64,000 nucleotides of DNA from Gammaproteobacteria bacterium. Its GTDB lineage: Bacteria > Pseudomonadota > Gammaproteobacteria > JBCCGL01. Both the position numbers and the translations under genes were made by a program. Numbering within the stretch: the first letter of the stretch is position 1; the number at the start of each line of letters is the position of its first letter. Shown here in pieces: positions 42,425 through 53,350 of this stretch. The stretch lies in contig OZ255836.1 of assembly GCA_965277715.1 (NCBI GenBank), forward strand, positions 3,040,001 through 3,104,000, read 5' to 3'. The notes beneath the pieces were generated by a model. The model searched no databases, was not told where the DNA came from, and was given only the letters and a program-made list of their open reading frames with translations.

Positions 42425-43510
42425 TTAGCTGTTTTCGCGCTGAAACTGCTGCATAAAATCCGCTAACGCAGCGACACTGGCTTTTGGCATTGCGTTATAA
42501 ATACTGGCGCGACACCCTCCCACGCTACGGTGCCCCTTGAGGTTTTTCATGCCTGCAGTGTCAGCTTCTGCAAGAAATTTTTTCTCCAGGTCTTCACTCG
42601 GCAGGCGGAATACCACGTTCATATGCGAGCGGTGTGCCGTACTGACCGGGCAGTTGTACCAGCCGTTACTGTTGTCGATGGCGGCGTAGAGCTGTGCGGA
42701 TTTTTCCGCTGCCTGTTGTTCGATCACCGCCAGACCACCTTTGGCTTTCATCCATTTCAATACCTTGCCAATCATGTAGATGGCAAATACTGGTGGGGTG
42801 TTAACCAGGGAGTCTTTGCTTGCGTGAACACCGTATTGCAGATAAGTGCCGATGTTGGTATTGCAATCGGCGAGTACCGAGTGGCGAATAAAAATAATTG
42901 AAGCACCGGCTGGACCCAGGTTTTTCTGTGCGCCACCGTAAACCACATCAAACTTCTCCCAGGGAATGGCGCGTGACATATAGTCTGATGACATATCACC
43001 GATCAGCGGCACATCCACATCGGGCCAGTTGATCAGGCGAATGCCACCAATGGTTTCATTGGAGGTAACGTGCAGGTAGCGGGTGTTGTCCTGCAATTGA
43101 ATTTGTTCATTGCCTGGCATCTCTACGTAACCGGTTTCTTTGCCATCCCATGCCAGGTAGCAGTCACCGTAATGTTGTGCATCTTTAAATGCACCACTGG
43201 CCCAGGAGCCGGTGCCGACGTAAGCGCCTTTTTGGCCTGCCTTGAGCAGGTTCATCGGTATCATTGAAAATTGCAGTGTTGCACCACCCTGTAAAAACAG
43301 CACGGCGAACGTGTCGGGCACATTAAATACTTCGCGTGCCAATGCCATCGCTTCCATATGTACCGCATCGTACTCCGCAGAGCGGTGGCTCATTTCGATG
43401 AGTGACATACCCGCATTCTGGTAGTCGACAAATTCCTGTTGGGCTTCTTCAAGCACTTCCAGCGGTAGGGTACAGGGGCCTGCGCAGAAATTGTGTATAC
43501 GGTTACTCAT
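42425..43510 (-). CDS. serC: phosphoserine aminotransferase
   Basis: NFCAGP, EMSHRS, SNETIGG, DMSS, GAQKNLGPAG, GHRSVGGCRASIYNA. Confidence 0.96.
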   Translation of the reverse strand: MSNRIHNFCAGPCTLPLEVLEEAQQEFVDYQNAGMSLIEMSHRSAEYDAVHMEAMALAREVFNVPDTFAVLFLQGGATLQFSMIPMNLLKAGQKGAYVGTGSWASGAFKDAQHYGDCYLAWDGKETGYVEMPGNEQIQLQDNTRYLHVTSNETIGGIRLINWPDVDVPLIGDMSSDYMSRAIPWEKFDVVYGGAQKNLGPAGASIIFIRHSVLADCNTNIGTYLQYGVHASKDSLVNTPPVFAIYMIGKVLKWMKAKGGLAVIEQQAAEKSAQLYAAIDNSNGWYNCPVSTAHRSHMNVVFRLPSEDLEKKFLAEADTAGMKNLKGHRSVGGCRASIYNAMPKASVAALADFMQQFQRENS

Positions 43511-43560
43511 GGTGGGGTTTCCTCAGTCCGGGCAGGTGTTGCGCGGTGCTGCTAAGTGAA

Positions 43561-44523
43561 TTATAGATTTACGCAGTGCAGTACAGTGCCCTTGCCAAGC
43601 GCTTCGATCATGCGAACGCACTCTTCGGCGACTGCATTTTGTGCCTGCTCGGTGGAAGCGCCAATATGGTGACTACCAATGACATTCGGGTGTTGCGCAA
43701 GAGCGGATGAAAAGGTTGCCTGACCACTGGCGGGTTCGTCGTTATAAACATCCAGGCCCGCCCGGATGCCTTTGCTGTCCATTGCGCGAATCAGCGCTGC
43801 CTCGTCGACAATTTCACCGCGTGAAGTGTTGAGCAGAATAGCGCCGTCCTGGCACTTGTCGAGCAGTGCCTCGTTAACCATACCTTTAGTATCGGCATTG
43901 GAGGGCACATGGAAGGAGACCACATCGCAGGCGCTGAGCAGCGCGTCAATATCGGTGACCTCAGTCGCGCCAATGGCTTGCAGGCGTGTAGTCATATCGG
44001 CATCGCGACCCGGTTTGGCGATAACGTGAATATGCATACCAAAGGCCGCACCGCGCTCGGCAAGTGCCATACCGATACCACCGAGGCCAACAATACCGAG
44101 CTTACGACCATAAATGCCCTCGGCTTTCGAGTATTTCTTTTTGTCCCACTGACCATTGCGCAAATCGATGACCGCATCGGGGATATTGCGGTCAATGCAC
44201 AGTAGCAGGCCAAATGCGAGCTCGGCAACAGCCAGGGCATTTTTACCGGGGACGTTACATACAGGGATATTCTTTTCCGCCGCCGCCGCTTTATCGATGG
44301 TGTTGGTACCCGCGCCTGCGCGAATAACCATTTTTAACGTATCGGCCGCGTCGATGGTTTCACGCGTTACCTTGGTACTGCGCACCACGAGAATATCGAC
44401 ACCGGGGATTTTTGCGGGAATCTCTTCTGCACTGAGGTTTGCCTGTACATCACAATCGTGACCAGCAGCTTCAAGCTGTTGCAGGTAGGCGGGCTGAAAC
44501 TTATCGGCGAACAGTATTTTCAT
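43561..44523 (-). CDS. serA: D-3-phosphoglycerate dehydrogenase-like enzyme, no ACT domain
   Basis: VVRST, RAGAGTNTID, GLGGIG, NTSRG, HIGASTEQAQ; upstream of serC. Confidence 0.8.
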   Translation of the reverse strand: MKILFADKFQPAYLQQLEAAGHDCDVQANLSAEEIPAKIPGVDILVVRSTKVTRETIDAADTLKMVIRAGAGTNTIDKAAAAEKNIPVCNVPGKNALAVAELAFGLLLCIDRNIPDAVIDLRNGQWDKKKYSKAEGIYGRKLGIVGLGGIGMALAERGAAFGMHIHVIAKPGRDADMTTRLQAIGATEVTDIDALLSACDVVSFHVPSNADTKGMVNEALLDKCQDGAILLNTSRGEIVDEAALIRAMDSKGIRAGLDVYNDEPASGQATFSSALAQHPNVIGSHHIGASTEQAQNAVAEECVRMIEALGKGTVLHCVNL

Positions 44524-44658
44524 GCTCTCTCTTTGGTGGTGTATTGGTAAAAGGCGAAACCGAATAGTGTTGGCCAGGCCGCCGGGAACCGATAATCCTA
44601 TCATATAGATATTTTTAGTATCAAGATGTGGCGGCGGTGTTTTGTGCTGAAGGTATGA

Positions 44659-44835
44659 TCCTAAATTCCGCAGTTGAGTCGTAGCGAGGGCGTCTAAGGT
44701 GCTGAAGATGAAGTGTTTTTATCAGCATTTTAGCCATCCTGTCGTGATTCTACAGGTGAAGCTGAAATGCTGGTAAAAACGCTTTAGATTCTGTGCATTA
44801 GGTGCTCGCAGTAGATTCAACTGAGGAATTTAGGA
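44659..44835. mobile_element. MITE family A, long form (177 bp), TSD TGA
   Basis: TGA-TCCTAAATTCCGCAGTTGA ... TCAACTGAGGAATTTAGGA-TGA. Confidence 0.92.
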
Positions 44836-44918
44836 TGATGCATATGCGACCCGTTTGCCGCATATGCCCGTGTTAGAGAGTGGATTATTCCAACTCGCCG
44901 CTAAGGCATTTCACCTTT

Positions 44919-46310
44919 CTAAGCCGTGTTTTTATTGCCTAGATAATTAAGCAAATCGATGTCGGTAATAATGCCGAGCAGGCTGTCACCGTTATCCGGA
45001 TCGGTAATCAGTGGCACTTTACCATCGGTGACCAACCGGGAAATACGATCAACAGAATCACCCGGCTTCACAAATTCAATGGAGGTATCGACCAGGCTAT
45101 CGATGCTGTCATCGACACTGACCTGCTGATTAAAGATCGCTTTGAGTATCGCACTCTCGCGCACAATACCCTTGACCCAACCGTTTTCATCGGTGACCGG
45201 CATCTGGCTGATGCCCGCCTCGCTGAGTTTACCGATAGTGGTGGCGATTTTATCGAACTGATTCGCCAGTAAAATATCGCCGGGCTTCATTTGCAATGTA
45301 CTGATCAGATCACTGACCAAACCCACTCTGGATTCGAGAAACCCGGCCTCACGCATCCAGTCATCATCGTAAACTTTAGAGACATAACGATTGCCACTGT
45401 CTGGAAAGACAATCAGCACGTTTTTGCCGTGCATACGCTCGCCCTGTTGCGCCAGCCAACGCATAGTACCGACAAATGCACTCCCCGAGGAGACCCCGGC
45501 ATAAATGCCCTCACTGGTGAGTAATTGCCGGGTCATCACAAATGATTCTTTGTCTTCCACTTGTACGATGTCATCGATTTGTTTGAAATCGTAATTGGCA
45601 GGAATAAAATCCTCGCCGATCCCCTCAATCAGGTATGTGCCAGCGGGCGATTGTGGCGTGCCATATTTAAACGTATCGTAGACAATCGAACCGATGGGAT
45701 CGATAGCCAACACCTCAACGCCGGGCTTGTTTTCCTTTAAATAACGACCAGTGCCCGTGATAGTACCACCCGTACCGATACCAGCGACAAACACATCGAT
45801 ATCCGGCATTTGCCGCAGGATTTCCGGGCCGGTATGCGTGTAGTGATACTCGCGATTGGCGAGGTTATTGTACTGATCAATATACAGTGAATTGGGTGTT
45901 TCCCTGGCCATACGCTTGGATACAGAGTAATAACTGCGCGGGTCATCCGGCTCGACGGCGGTGGGTGTAACAATCACCCGGGCGCCGAAAGCGCGCAGGT
46001 TTTTGATCTTCTCCTCTGACATCTTGTCCGGCAGGATAAAAATGCATTGATACCCTTTAATCGCCGCAGCAATCGCCAACCCCACCCCGGTGTTACCACT
46101 GGTGCCCTCGACAATCGTACCGCCGGGCTTCAACAGCCCGCGCTCCTCAGCGTCTTCAATCAAATACCAACCTATACGGTCTTTTATCGACCCGCCGGGA
46201 TTAGTGAACTCCAGCTTTGCATACACATTCGCCTGAGTACTGGCGGCTACTTTATTGAGCCGGACAATGGGTGTATTGCCAATGGCATCGATAACTGAGT
46301 CAAAGACCAT
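44919..46310 (-). CDS. cystathionine beta-synthase / cysteine synthase family PLP enzyme with C-terminal CBS pair
   Basis: NPGGSIKDR, TSGNTG, GTGGT, EGIG, PDSGNRY; GISQMPV CBS domain. Confidence 0.9.
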   Translation of the reverse strand: MVFDSVIDAIGNTPIVRLNKVAASTQANVYAKLEFTNPGGSIKDRIGWYLIEDAEERGLLKPGGTIVEGTSGNTGVGLAIAAAIKGYQCIFILPDKMSEEKIKNLRAFGARVIVTPTAVEPDDPRSYYSVSKRMARETPNSLYIDQYNNLANREYHYTHTGPEILRQMPDIDVFVAGIGTGGTITGTGRYLKENKPGVEVLAIDPIGSIVYDTFKYGTPQSPAGTYLIEGIGEDFIPANYDFKQIDDIVQVEDKESFVMTRQLLTSEGIYAGVSSGSAFVGTMRWLAQQGERMHGKNVLIVFPDSGNRYVSKVYDDDWMREAGFLESRVGLVSDLISTLQMKPGDILLANQFDKIATTIGKLSEAGISQMPVTDENGWVKGIVRESAILKAIFNQQVSVDDSIDSLVDTSIEFVKPGDSVDRISRLVTDGKVPLITDPDNGDSLLGIITDIDLLNYLGNKNTA

Positions 46311-46597
46311 GTTTTTTCCTGTGTGGTTTTATCTGGAAGTAGCACAACGGGGTAGGCATGCTTACGCAATTGATAGCTGAATAATACCAGCTAAGGCTAG
46401 CTGCAATCCAGCCAGCACACACTTAAAGAGGCACAACCTCACAACACCTTCCATCTGGATGAAAACAAAAACCAGATAAGTCATCATACCTACTACTCCC
46501 CAACCGTGGATTAATTCGTATATGTAAGATGATCGAATTCAGCGTATTGAAACTAATAGCCCACAAATTCAAAACTGACAATACACTAGTACGCCGT

Positions 46598-47848
46598 CTA
46601 ACTCCCTGCATTGAGTAATCGACTGATATACCTAAAAAACAAAAACAACACCGCAGCCACAACAACACCGAGATAAAACGCATCCGACAGTATCGGCAAA
46701 AGCGCCGCCTCACTAACCGCCTGCCCCGTCTCAATTGTGGATGACAACACCAGCAACAGCAACGCAAACACCAAACGCTCAGATAGCCCCTGTATTGACA
46801 AATACGTGGCGCGCTGTTCACTGTCAATGCGCGGCGCAATGGCGGCATTAACCGGCGCGTGAACCAATGCCATCGGAAAATTGCGGGCGAAAACCAACAC
46901 CAAAACTGCCGCGTGCACCAGTAACGCCATGCTGGCAACAATACTGAGCTGAATCAATGTTGCCACCGCCAACAAGCCGACCAGGCCCAGTCTGGATTGC
47001 CAGGCCACGCTCACCTTAGCGGCCAGTGCACCGCCAAACATAGAGACAGCAATCACAACACCAGAGATCAGTGGTGTGTAATGGCTGGCTTCAAACGCGG
47101 CAATATCGAGCAGTGCAATATACGGCTGGTAAAATTCGTAAACAATATGTGCCATTGCATACAGCAAAATCATCGTGAGGAAAATCCAGCCCAGCACCGA
47201 ATCACGCAAACGGCCAATACAACTGGACAACACACTGATAAAACTGGCGGGCGGGGTGGTTTCCCCACTGGTTGGCTCATTGGCCAATGCATTTGTTGGC
47301 TCCACCAACTGCCAAACCAACGCCCCCATTGCAAGCGCCCCAAACAGCGAGAACACATAGGCGAGGCGCAGGTCGATCATGCCCAGTGCACCACCGCATA
47401 AAGTGGCAATGGCCAACATGGTCAAGCCCCATTGTTCGGCCTTGGCTTCACGCACTGAATATTCACTTTCGCGCCCCAGTGATTTTAATGCATCATAGTG
47501 AAAAGCCGTATCAGTGCCCGATTGTAAGGCGACCCCAGCGGCCAGAAAAAACTGCCCGGCAACAAATAACCAAAACCCGGAACCGACGATAAAACAGGCA
47601 AACGCAACAGCCAGACACAGCGCCGCCAGCAGCAGCGTGGTACGCCGACCAATGCGATCAGAAAAGTATCCGGACGGGACCTCCAGGATGAACACAGCGA
47701 GATAGTAAATAGCCGATAGCTGAATCACACGATCCAGTGGCAATACGCTACTCATATACAAAAAGAAAACGGGAATCCAGGCATAGCAGCTATCTGCTGC
47801 AACACGAAACCACGGGTACAGGCGGAGGTTGTTTTCGTATTGGTTCAA
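46598..47848 (-). CDS. MFS transporter
   Basis: EVPSGYFSDRIGRR motif A; many TM segments; start uncertain. Confidence 0.88.
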   Translation of the reverse strand: MNQYENNLRLYPWFRVAADSCYAWIPVFFLYMSSVLPLDRVIQLSAIYYLAVFILEVPSGYFSDRIGRRTTLLLAALCLAVAFACFIVGSGFWLFVAGQFFLAAGVALQSGTDTAFHYDALKSLGRESEYSVREAKAEQWGLTMLAIATLCGGALGMIDLRLAYVFSLFGALAMGALVWQLVEPTNALANEPTSGETTPPASFISVLSSCIGRLRDSVLGWIFLTMILLYAMAHIVYEFYQPYIALLDIAAFEASHYTPLISGVVIAVSMFGGALAAKVSVAWQSRLGLVGLLAVATLIQLSIVASMALLVHAAVLVLVFARNFPMALVHAPVNAAIAPRIDSEQRATYLSIQGLSERLVFALLLLVLSSTIETGQAVSEAALLPILSDAFYLGVVVAAVLFLFFRYISRLLNAGS

Positions 47849-47978
47849 AGAAGCATAATCTTCAATTTTATCGGGGCTCGATCGTAATACAGAACAAAGA
47901 CATATTAAGATTTTTTAAAAAAACCTAAAAACAATACGTGCAGTGGCTGAGTGAGTACTCGATTTAGCCTTAGCAGGA

Positions 47979-48548
47979 TCAAACAGCATTTTTCAGCATT
48001 TCCTTTTTCAACAATTCAATACGGTATACCGCTTCACCCGAGTAGGGCTTGATACGCAATAACTCCTCAAAAGCGGTTATCGCCCCCAGAAAATCGCGCT
48101 GCCAGCCAAAAATCATCCCCTTCCCCCAAATCGCCCCAAAATGATTCGGCTCCAGTGCCAGGGTGCGTTCGATATCAGCCAGTGAGCCCTCGTAGTCGTT
48201 TTGGTGGTAACGCACTGTGGCACGTCGGTTCCAGCCTTCGGAAAATGCTGGTGCTATTTCGGTAATACGGGTAAAAATAGCCTCCGCCTCGGCCAGCTTA
48301 CCAGCCTGCATCGCCTTTCTGCCCTCTGCCATCAAGGCATCGATATCCTCACGGCCACTGTCATACCATATCGACCAGATGGTTAGCTCGGTCTCCTTTT
48401 GCACACGGTCACTCTTGCTGCTTTGCAGCGTTGAAAACAGCGCCTCCAACCGCTCATCGGTTTGATCAGCCAAACTGCTCAATGGTAGCAGCAGTGCCAA
48501 ACAACATAACTGGGTAATACCTGACACAGAATTGATTTTCATTTCCAC
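47979..48548 (-). CDS. exported tetratricopeptide repeat protein
   Basis: Signal peptide; EGWNRRAT, LALEPNHFGA TPR motifs. Confidence 0.85.
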   Translation of the reverse strand: MEMKINSVSGITQLCCLALLLPLSSLADQTDERLEALFSTLQSSKSDRVQKETELTIWSIWYDSGREDIDALMAEGRKAMQAGKLAEAEAIFTRITEIAPAFSEGWNRRATVRYHQNDYEGSLADIERTLALEPNHFGAIWGKGMIFGWQRDFLGAITAFEELLRIKPYSGEAVYRIELLKKEMLKNAV

Positions 48549-48691
48549 CCCCGCCGGTTTATTCAGTATAGTCCGCCCTATACTGCAGTCCTATCAGCAT
48601 TTTGTAAAAGGTTTTAACTAAAAAAAAGCGATTCCCGCTGGACTAAGCCAGCGAGAATGCCGGACTAAAAAATCAATCCAGGTAACCAACC

Positions 48692-50377
48692 ATGTCATCG
48701 GATATAAAAACACATTACGACTACATCATCGTCGGCGCAGGCTCTGCGGGGTGCGTGCTGGCCAACCGCCTGAGCGAAGACCCTGACACCTCTGTGCTGT
48801 TACTCGAATTTGGTGGTAGTGACCGCAGTATTCTGGTGCAAATGCCCACCGCCTTATCGATTCCGATGAATATGCCCAAATACAACTGGGGATTTGAATC
48901 AGAACCGGAACCGTTTCTCGATAAACGCCGTATGGATACACCGCGTGGCAAAGTATTGGGCGGGTCTTCCTCAATCAACGGCATGGTTTACGTGCGGGGT
49001 CACGCGCTGGACTTTGAAGAGTGGCAGGCACTCGGTGCCGACGGCTGGGGATACCGACACTGCCTGCCTTACTTCAAAAAGGCCGATGACTGGAAATATG
49101 GTCGTGACGAGTACCGCAACAACACCGGGCCACTCTCCGTCTGTAACGGCAATGAAATGCAAAACCCACTGTACCGCGCCTTTATCCAGGCGGGTAAACA
49201 GGCCGGTTACAGGCAGACCGACGATTACAATGGCGCCCAGCAGGAAGGGTTTGGCCCAATGCACATGACAGTAAAGAACGGTGTGCGCTGGTCGGCGGCC
49301 AATGCTTACCTGAAGCCAGCACTATCGCGCCCTAACCTGACGGTGCTTACTCAAGCGCTGACGCACAAAGTGCTACTTGAAGGTACACGGGCGGTCGGCG
49401 TCGAATACGAACGCGCCGGGAAAAAGACCGCAGCCTACGCCGACAGAGAAGTACTAATCAGCGCTGGCTCAATTGGTTCACCGCATTTATTGCAACGCTC
49501 CGGTATTGGCCCTGCCAGTGTCTTACGTGCAGCGGGCATTGACGTCATTCACGATTTGCCCGGCGTGGGGGAGAATTTACAGGACCACCTGGAGTTCTAC
49601 TTTCAGTTTCGCTGTAAAAAATCGCTTACACTCAACGCCGAGCTGACACCGTGGCGCAAGTTTTTGATCGGTGCCAGGTGGTTATTGACCAAAAAGGGGC
49701 TGGGGGCCACCAATCATTTTGAATCCTGTGCATTTATCCGCTCTAAACCGGGCATGCAATGGCCGGATATCCAATACCACTTCTTACCCGGTGCCATGCG
49801 ATACGATGGTCGCGCTGCATTCGAGGGCCACGGGTTTCAGGTACATGTTGGCCACAACAAACCCAAGAGCCGGGGCTGGGTGCGCACCACCTCCGCCGAC
49901 CCGCGTGATAAACCGCGCATCCTATTCAACTACTTACAGCACCAGGACGATATTGAAGGCTTTCGCGCCTGTGTACGGCTGACGCGGGAAATTATTGGCC
50001 AGTCATCGATGGATGATGTGCGCGGTGCAGAAATTCAACCGGGCGAAGCGGTACAAAGTGACAGTGAAATCGATGCATTTGTGCGCAGTGCCGTTGAAAG
50101 CGCCTACCACCCCTCATGCACCTGCAAAATGGGTAGCGACGACATGGCCGTAGTTGACCCCGAAGTGCGGGTGCATGGCATCGACAATCTACGGATTGCC
50201 GACTCATCAATCTTCCCGACAATCCCAAACGGCAACCTCAATGCACCAACAATCATGGCCGCCGAACGGGCGGCGGATATTATTAAAGGGCACGTATTGC
50301 CCGCAGCAAAAATTGACATACTGATTGGCGCCGACTGGGAAAATCTACAGCGTTCGACAGAGGTTGTTTCAATCTAA
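48692..50377 (+). CDS. betA: choline dehydrogenase
   Basis: [54 protein letters not shown]. Confidence 0.94.
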   Translation: MSSDIKTHYDYIIVGAGSAGCVLANRLSEDPDTSVLLLEFGGSDRSILVQMPTALSIPMNMPKYNWGFESEPEPFLDKRRMDTPRGKVLGGSSSINGMVYVRGHALDFEEWQALGADGWGYRHCLPYFKKADDWKYGRDEYRNNTGPLSVCNGNEMQNPLYRAFIQAGKQAGYRQTDDYNGAQQEGFGPMHMTVKNGVRWSAANAYLKPALSRPNLTVLTQALTHKVLLEGTRAVGVEYERAGKKTAAYADREVLISAGSIGSPHLLQRSGIGPASVLRAAGIDVIHDLPGVGENLQDHLEFYFQFRCKKSLTLNAELTPWRKFLIGARWLLTKKGLGATNHFESCAFIRSKPGMQWPDIQYHFLPGAMRYDGRAAFEGHGFQVHVGHNKPKSRGWVRTTSADPRDKPRILFNYLQHQDDIEGFRACVRLTREIIGQSSMDDVRGAEIQPGEAVQSDSEIDAFVRSAVESAYHPSCTCKMGSDDMAVVDPEVRVHGIDNLRIADSSIFPTIPNGNLNAPTIMAAERAADIIKGHVLPAAKIDILIGADWENLQRSTEVVSI

Positions 50378-50542
50378 TACTTCAGCCTGGCTAGGTGCCA
50401 ATAAGGAGTGCGCACGAAACAACTTCCACTTTTATTATATTATCTCAATCATGTGTCATTTTTTAATCACACACTCAAGTCAACTCAGCTATAAGGTAAA
50501 TCGGTGCATTTACGAATCCCGGAATTTATTTCGTGCACATTC

Positions 50543-51445
50543 CTAACCTTTTTCCACCACCAATACCCCCGGCTTACGCCGCTCCCGCCAGGCAATCAAC
50601 AACCCCCCTGCAACAATAAAAACAACCCCTGGAAACAACTGATCAAACGGCGCTTCAGCAAAAAACAACCACCCGAGCACAAATGAAAAGGGAATACCAA
50701 AATATTCAAAAGGCGAAAGACTGCCCGGCTTCGCCAGTCGATACGCAGTAATCATCGATAACACAGCAAACCCACCAACCGTACCCATTGCCAACAGCCA
50801 AAGCCAATCGACCAACTCATTGACAGGGACATAAACAGCCGTTGTAAACAACATAATGATAGAGCCCACCAAGGCACCGACAGAAGCGTATAAATTAATC
50901 GTTGCGGTAGGCACAGCATCATCAATCAACCGAACACTAACCGTCGATAACGAATAACCAAATGATGCACAAATTGGCAATAGCGCATACAACGTAAACA
51001 CATCCGTACCCGGCTGCATAATACTCAATACACCAATAAAACCAACAATCACCGCAAACCAACGCCACACACCGACACGGTGTTTCAATAAAGGAATAGA
51101 TAAGAGCGTGATAAACACCGGGCCGATAAAGGCCAGTGTAGAGGCCGTGGCAAATGCCATTTTAGTCAGCGACAGATAGAGGCAAAACTGTGCACCGGCA
51201 ACATACAAACCACGCAACAAACCCAGACGCCATTGCGTCATTGCCAATACGCGGCCCTTACTGTGCCACTCCTGCGAAAACAGCAGAACTAAAAAACTGG
51301 GAATTAAACCGAAAATATTGCGGAATGTAGCGAGTTGCTGAACGGGGTAACGATCACCCATGTGTTTGATAATGGCACCTTGCACATCAAACAAAAAAAT
51401 GGCCAGTAAAATAAAAAAAACCGCTTTGGTAAAGCTGGCCGACAT
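50543..51445 (-). CDS. DMT/EamA family transporter
   Basis: About 10 TM segments; SPFEYFG. Confidence 0.88.
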   Translation of the reverse strand: MSASFTKAVFFILLAIFLFDVQGAIIKHMGDRYPVQQLATFRNIFGLIPSFLVLLFSQEWHSKGRVLAMTQWRLGLLRGLYVAGAQFCLYLSLTKMAFATASTLAFIGPVFITLLSIPLLKHRVGVWRWFAVIVGFIGVLSIMQPGTDVFTLYALLPICASFGYSLSTVSVRLIDDAVPTATINLYASVGALVGSIIMLFTTAVYVPVNELVDWLWLLAMGTVGGFAVLSMITAYRLAKPGSLSPFEYFGIPFSFVLGWLFFAEAPFDQLFPGVVFIVAGGLLIAWRERRKPGVLVVEKG

Positions 51446-51554
51446 AACATCTTTACCCGGAAATAGCGTCCTGCATAACTATAAGCGTGTGCCTTTGGCA
51501 CGTTAGATGTCGTGGCTTGCACTCAACACTGCAAGCCACGCCATCACTGGGCAA

Positions 51555-51761
51555 TCAGACTGTTACGATATTCTCTGCTTGCGGACCTTTCTGGCCTTGC
51601 GTTACAGTGAACTCAACGCGTTGACCTTCAGCCAGGGTTTTGAAACCTGAGCCAGAGATAGCGCTGAAATGAGCAAAAACATCGGGGCCGGAAGCTTGTT
51701 CAATAAAACCAAAGCCTTTGGATTCGTTAAACCATTTAACCGTACCGGTAGTTGTAGACAT
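51555..51761 (-). CDS. cold-shock protein (CspA family)
   Basis: [15 protein letters not shown]1, VFAHF RNP2. Confidence 0.97.
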   Translation of the reverse strand: MSTTTGTVKWFNESKGFGFIEQASGPDVFAHFSAISGSGFKTLAEGQRVEFTVTQGQKGPQAENIVTV

Positions 51762-52014
51762 AATAATATCCTGTGTATTTCATGAGTAATAGAAGCCTGC
51801 TTACAGGCGGTTTGCTGTGGAAGTGTTGTGATTACTTATGTTGAACAGGACGAGGAACGAACAGATGGGACATCGAAATGGTGTGCATAAATTAAGACGT
51901 ACTTTCAAGCTCAACGGATTATATACTGCTTTAATAGACAGTCAACAACCTAAATCGGCTATTTATCGCTAAATTGACACCGTCTATCCAACAATTAAAC
52001 CTGATACCACTGCA

Positions 52015-53337
52015 ATGTCTTTATTACAAAAAACGTTTTCCTTAAAAAACCCCTCTGAAACCCGTGAGCACACAACATCATACTATGCCGCCAGCACCAA
52101 TTATCGTAGTGACTATCCTGTGTTAACGGGCGAACAACACGCCGATGTGGCTATCGTTGGCGGCGGTTTTAGCGGTATCAATACAGCGCTGGAATTGGCT
52201 GAGCGCGGCTACAAAGTCGCGGTTATTGAAGCCAGCCGCGTTGCCTGGGGTGCCTCGGGGCGTAATGGTGGGCAGGTGGTCGGGGGCATCGGCCACGCAT
52301 TGGAACGCTTCCAACAGGCAATTGGCACAACGGGCATTCAGGCGATTCAAGCGATGGGAGTCGAATGCTGCGAAATCATTCGGGAACGAGTGAAAAAATA
52401 CCAGATCGACTGCGATCTCACCTGGGGTTACTGCGATGTAGCCATCAAACCCCGCCACATGCGCGAACTGGAAGCGGAAAAAACCCATCAGGAAAAATGG
52501 GGGTATCCGCATGCGCTGGAGTTGCTCGATGCAGAGCAGCTTGGCGAACAGCTTGTATCACACAAATATATCGGTGGTTTGTTAAACCGACTTGGATTTG
52601 GCCATTGCCATCCACTGAACCTATGCCTGGGTGAGGCACAGGTGGCGCAGCAGATGGGGGTGTCAATTTACGAACAATCCCGTGTGAGCAGGCTGGTTCA
52701 GGGGGTAAACCCAGAAGTGCATACTGAACAGGGCCTGGTTAAAGCAAAACATGTTGTACTGTGTGGCAATGCCTACCTCGGCAACCTGGTGCCCGCACTG
52801 GCAGCGCGGGTACTGCCCGCCAACAGCTCGATTATTGCCACCGCACCGCTGAGCGATGAGCAGGTGCGCAACACCCTGCCCGGTAACCCCGCCGTCTGTG
52901 ATTTAAATACCGCCTTGGATTACTTTCGACTGTCTGCAGATAAACGCCTGTTATTTGGTGGGCTATCCAACTACACCGGTATGGAACCGCAGGACAGAAT
53001 GGGGGTTATGCGCAAAAAAATGCAGCGGGTATTTCCTTCACTGGGTAATGTGCCAATCGACTTTAACTGGAGCGGTCAAATCGGCGTTGGCTTAAACCGT
53101 ATGCCACAACTTGGCCGTTTGCACGGTAATGTTTATTATATTCAGGCGTTTGCAGGCCACGGTGTGGCACCCACCCATATTATGGGGCGTATTACAGCGC
53201 AAATGATCGCAGGCCAGGCTGAACGCTTTGATGTGTTTGCAAAGATAAAGCACCCCGCGTTTCCAGGGGGGCGATTACTGCGTCGCCCAGTGCTGGCACT
53301 GGGTATGTTGTATTACCGCCTAAAAGATTTATTGTGA
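52015..53337 (+). CDS. FAD-dependent oxidoreductase, PuuB/OrdL (gamma-glutamylputrescine oxidase-like)
   Basis: SYYAAS, GGGFSG, GASGRNGGQ, HPLNL, GHGVA. Confidence 0.88.
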   Translation: MSLLQKTFSLKNPSETREHTTSYYAASTNYRSDYPVLTGEQHADVAIVGGGFSGINTALELAERGYKVAVIEASRVAWGASGRNGGQVVGGIGHALERFQQAIGTTGIQAIQAMGVECCEIIRERVKKYQIDCDLTWGYCDVAIKPRHMRELEAEKTHQEKWGYPHALELLDAEQLGEQLVSHKYIGGLLNRLGFGHCHPLNLCLGEAQVAQQMGVSIYEQSRVSRLVQGVNPEVHTEQGLVKAKHVVLCGNAYLGNLVPALAARVLPANSSIIATAPLSDEQVRNTLPGNPAVCDLNTALDYFRLSADKRLLFGGLSNYTGMEPQDRMGVMRKKMQRVFPSLGNVPIDFNWSGQIGVGLNRMPQLGRLHGNVYYIQAFAGHGVAPTHIMGRITAQMIAGQAERFDVFAKIKHPAFPGGRLLRRPVLALGMLYYRLKDLL

Positions 53338-53350
53338 GGTGTGCTAAATA

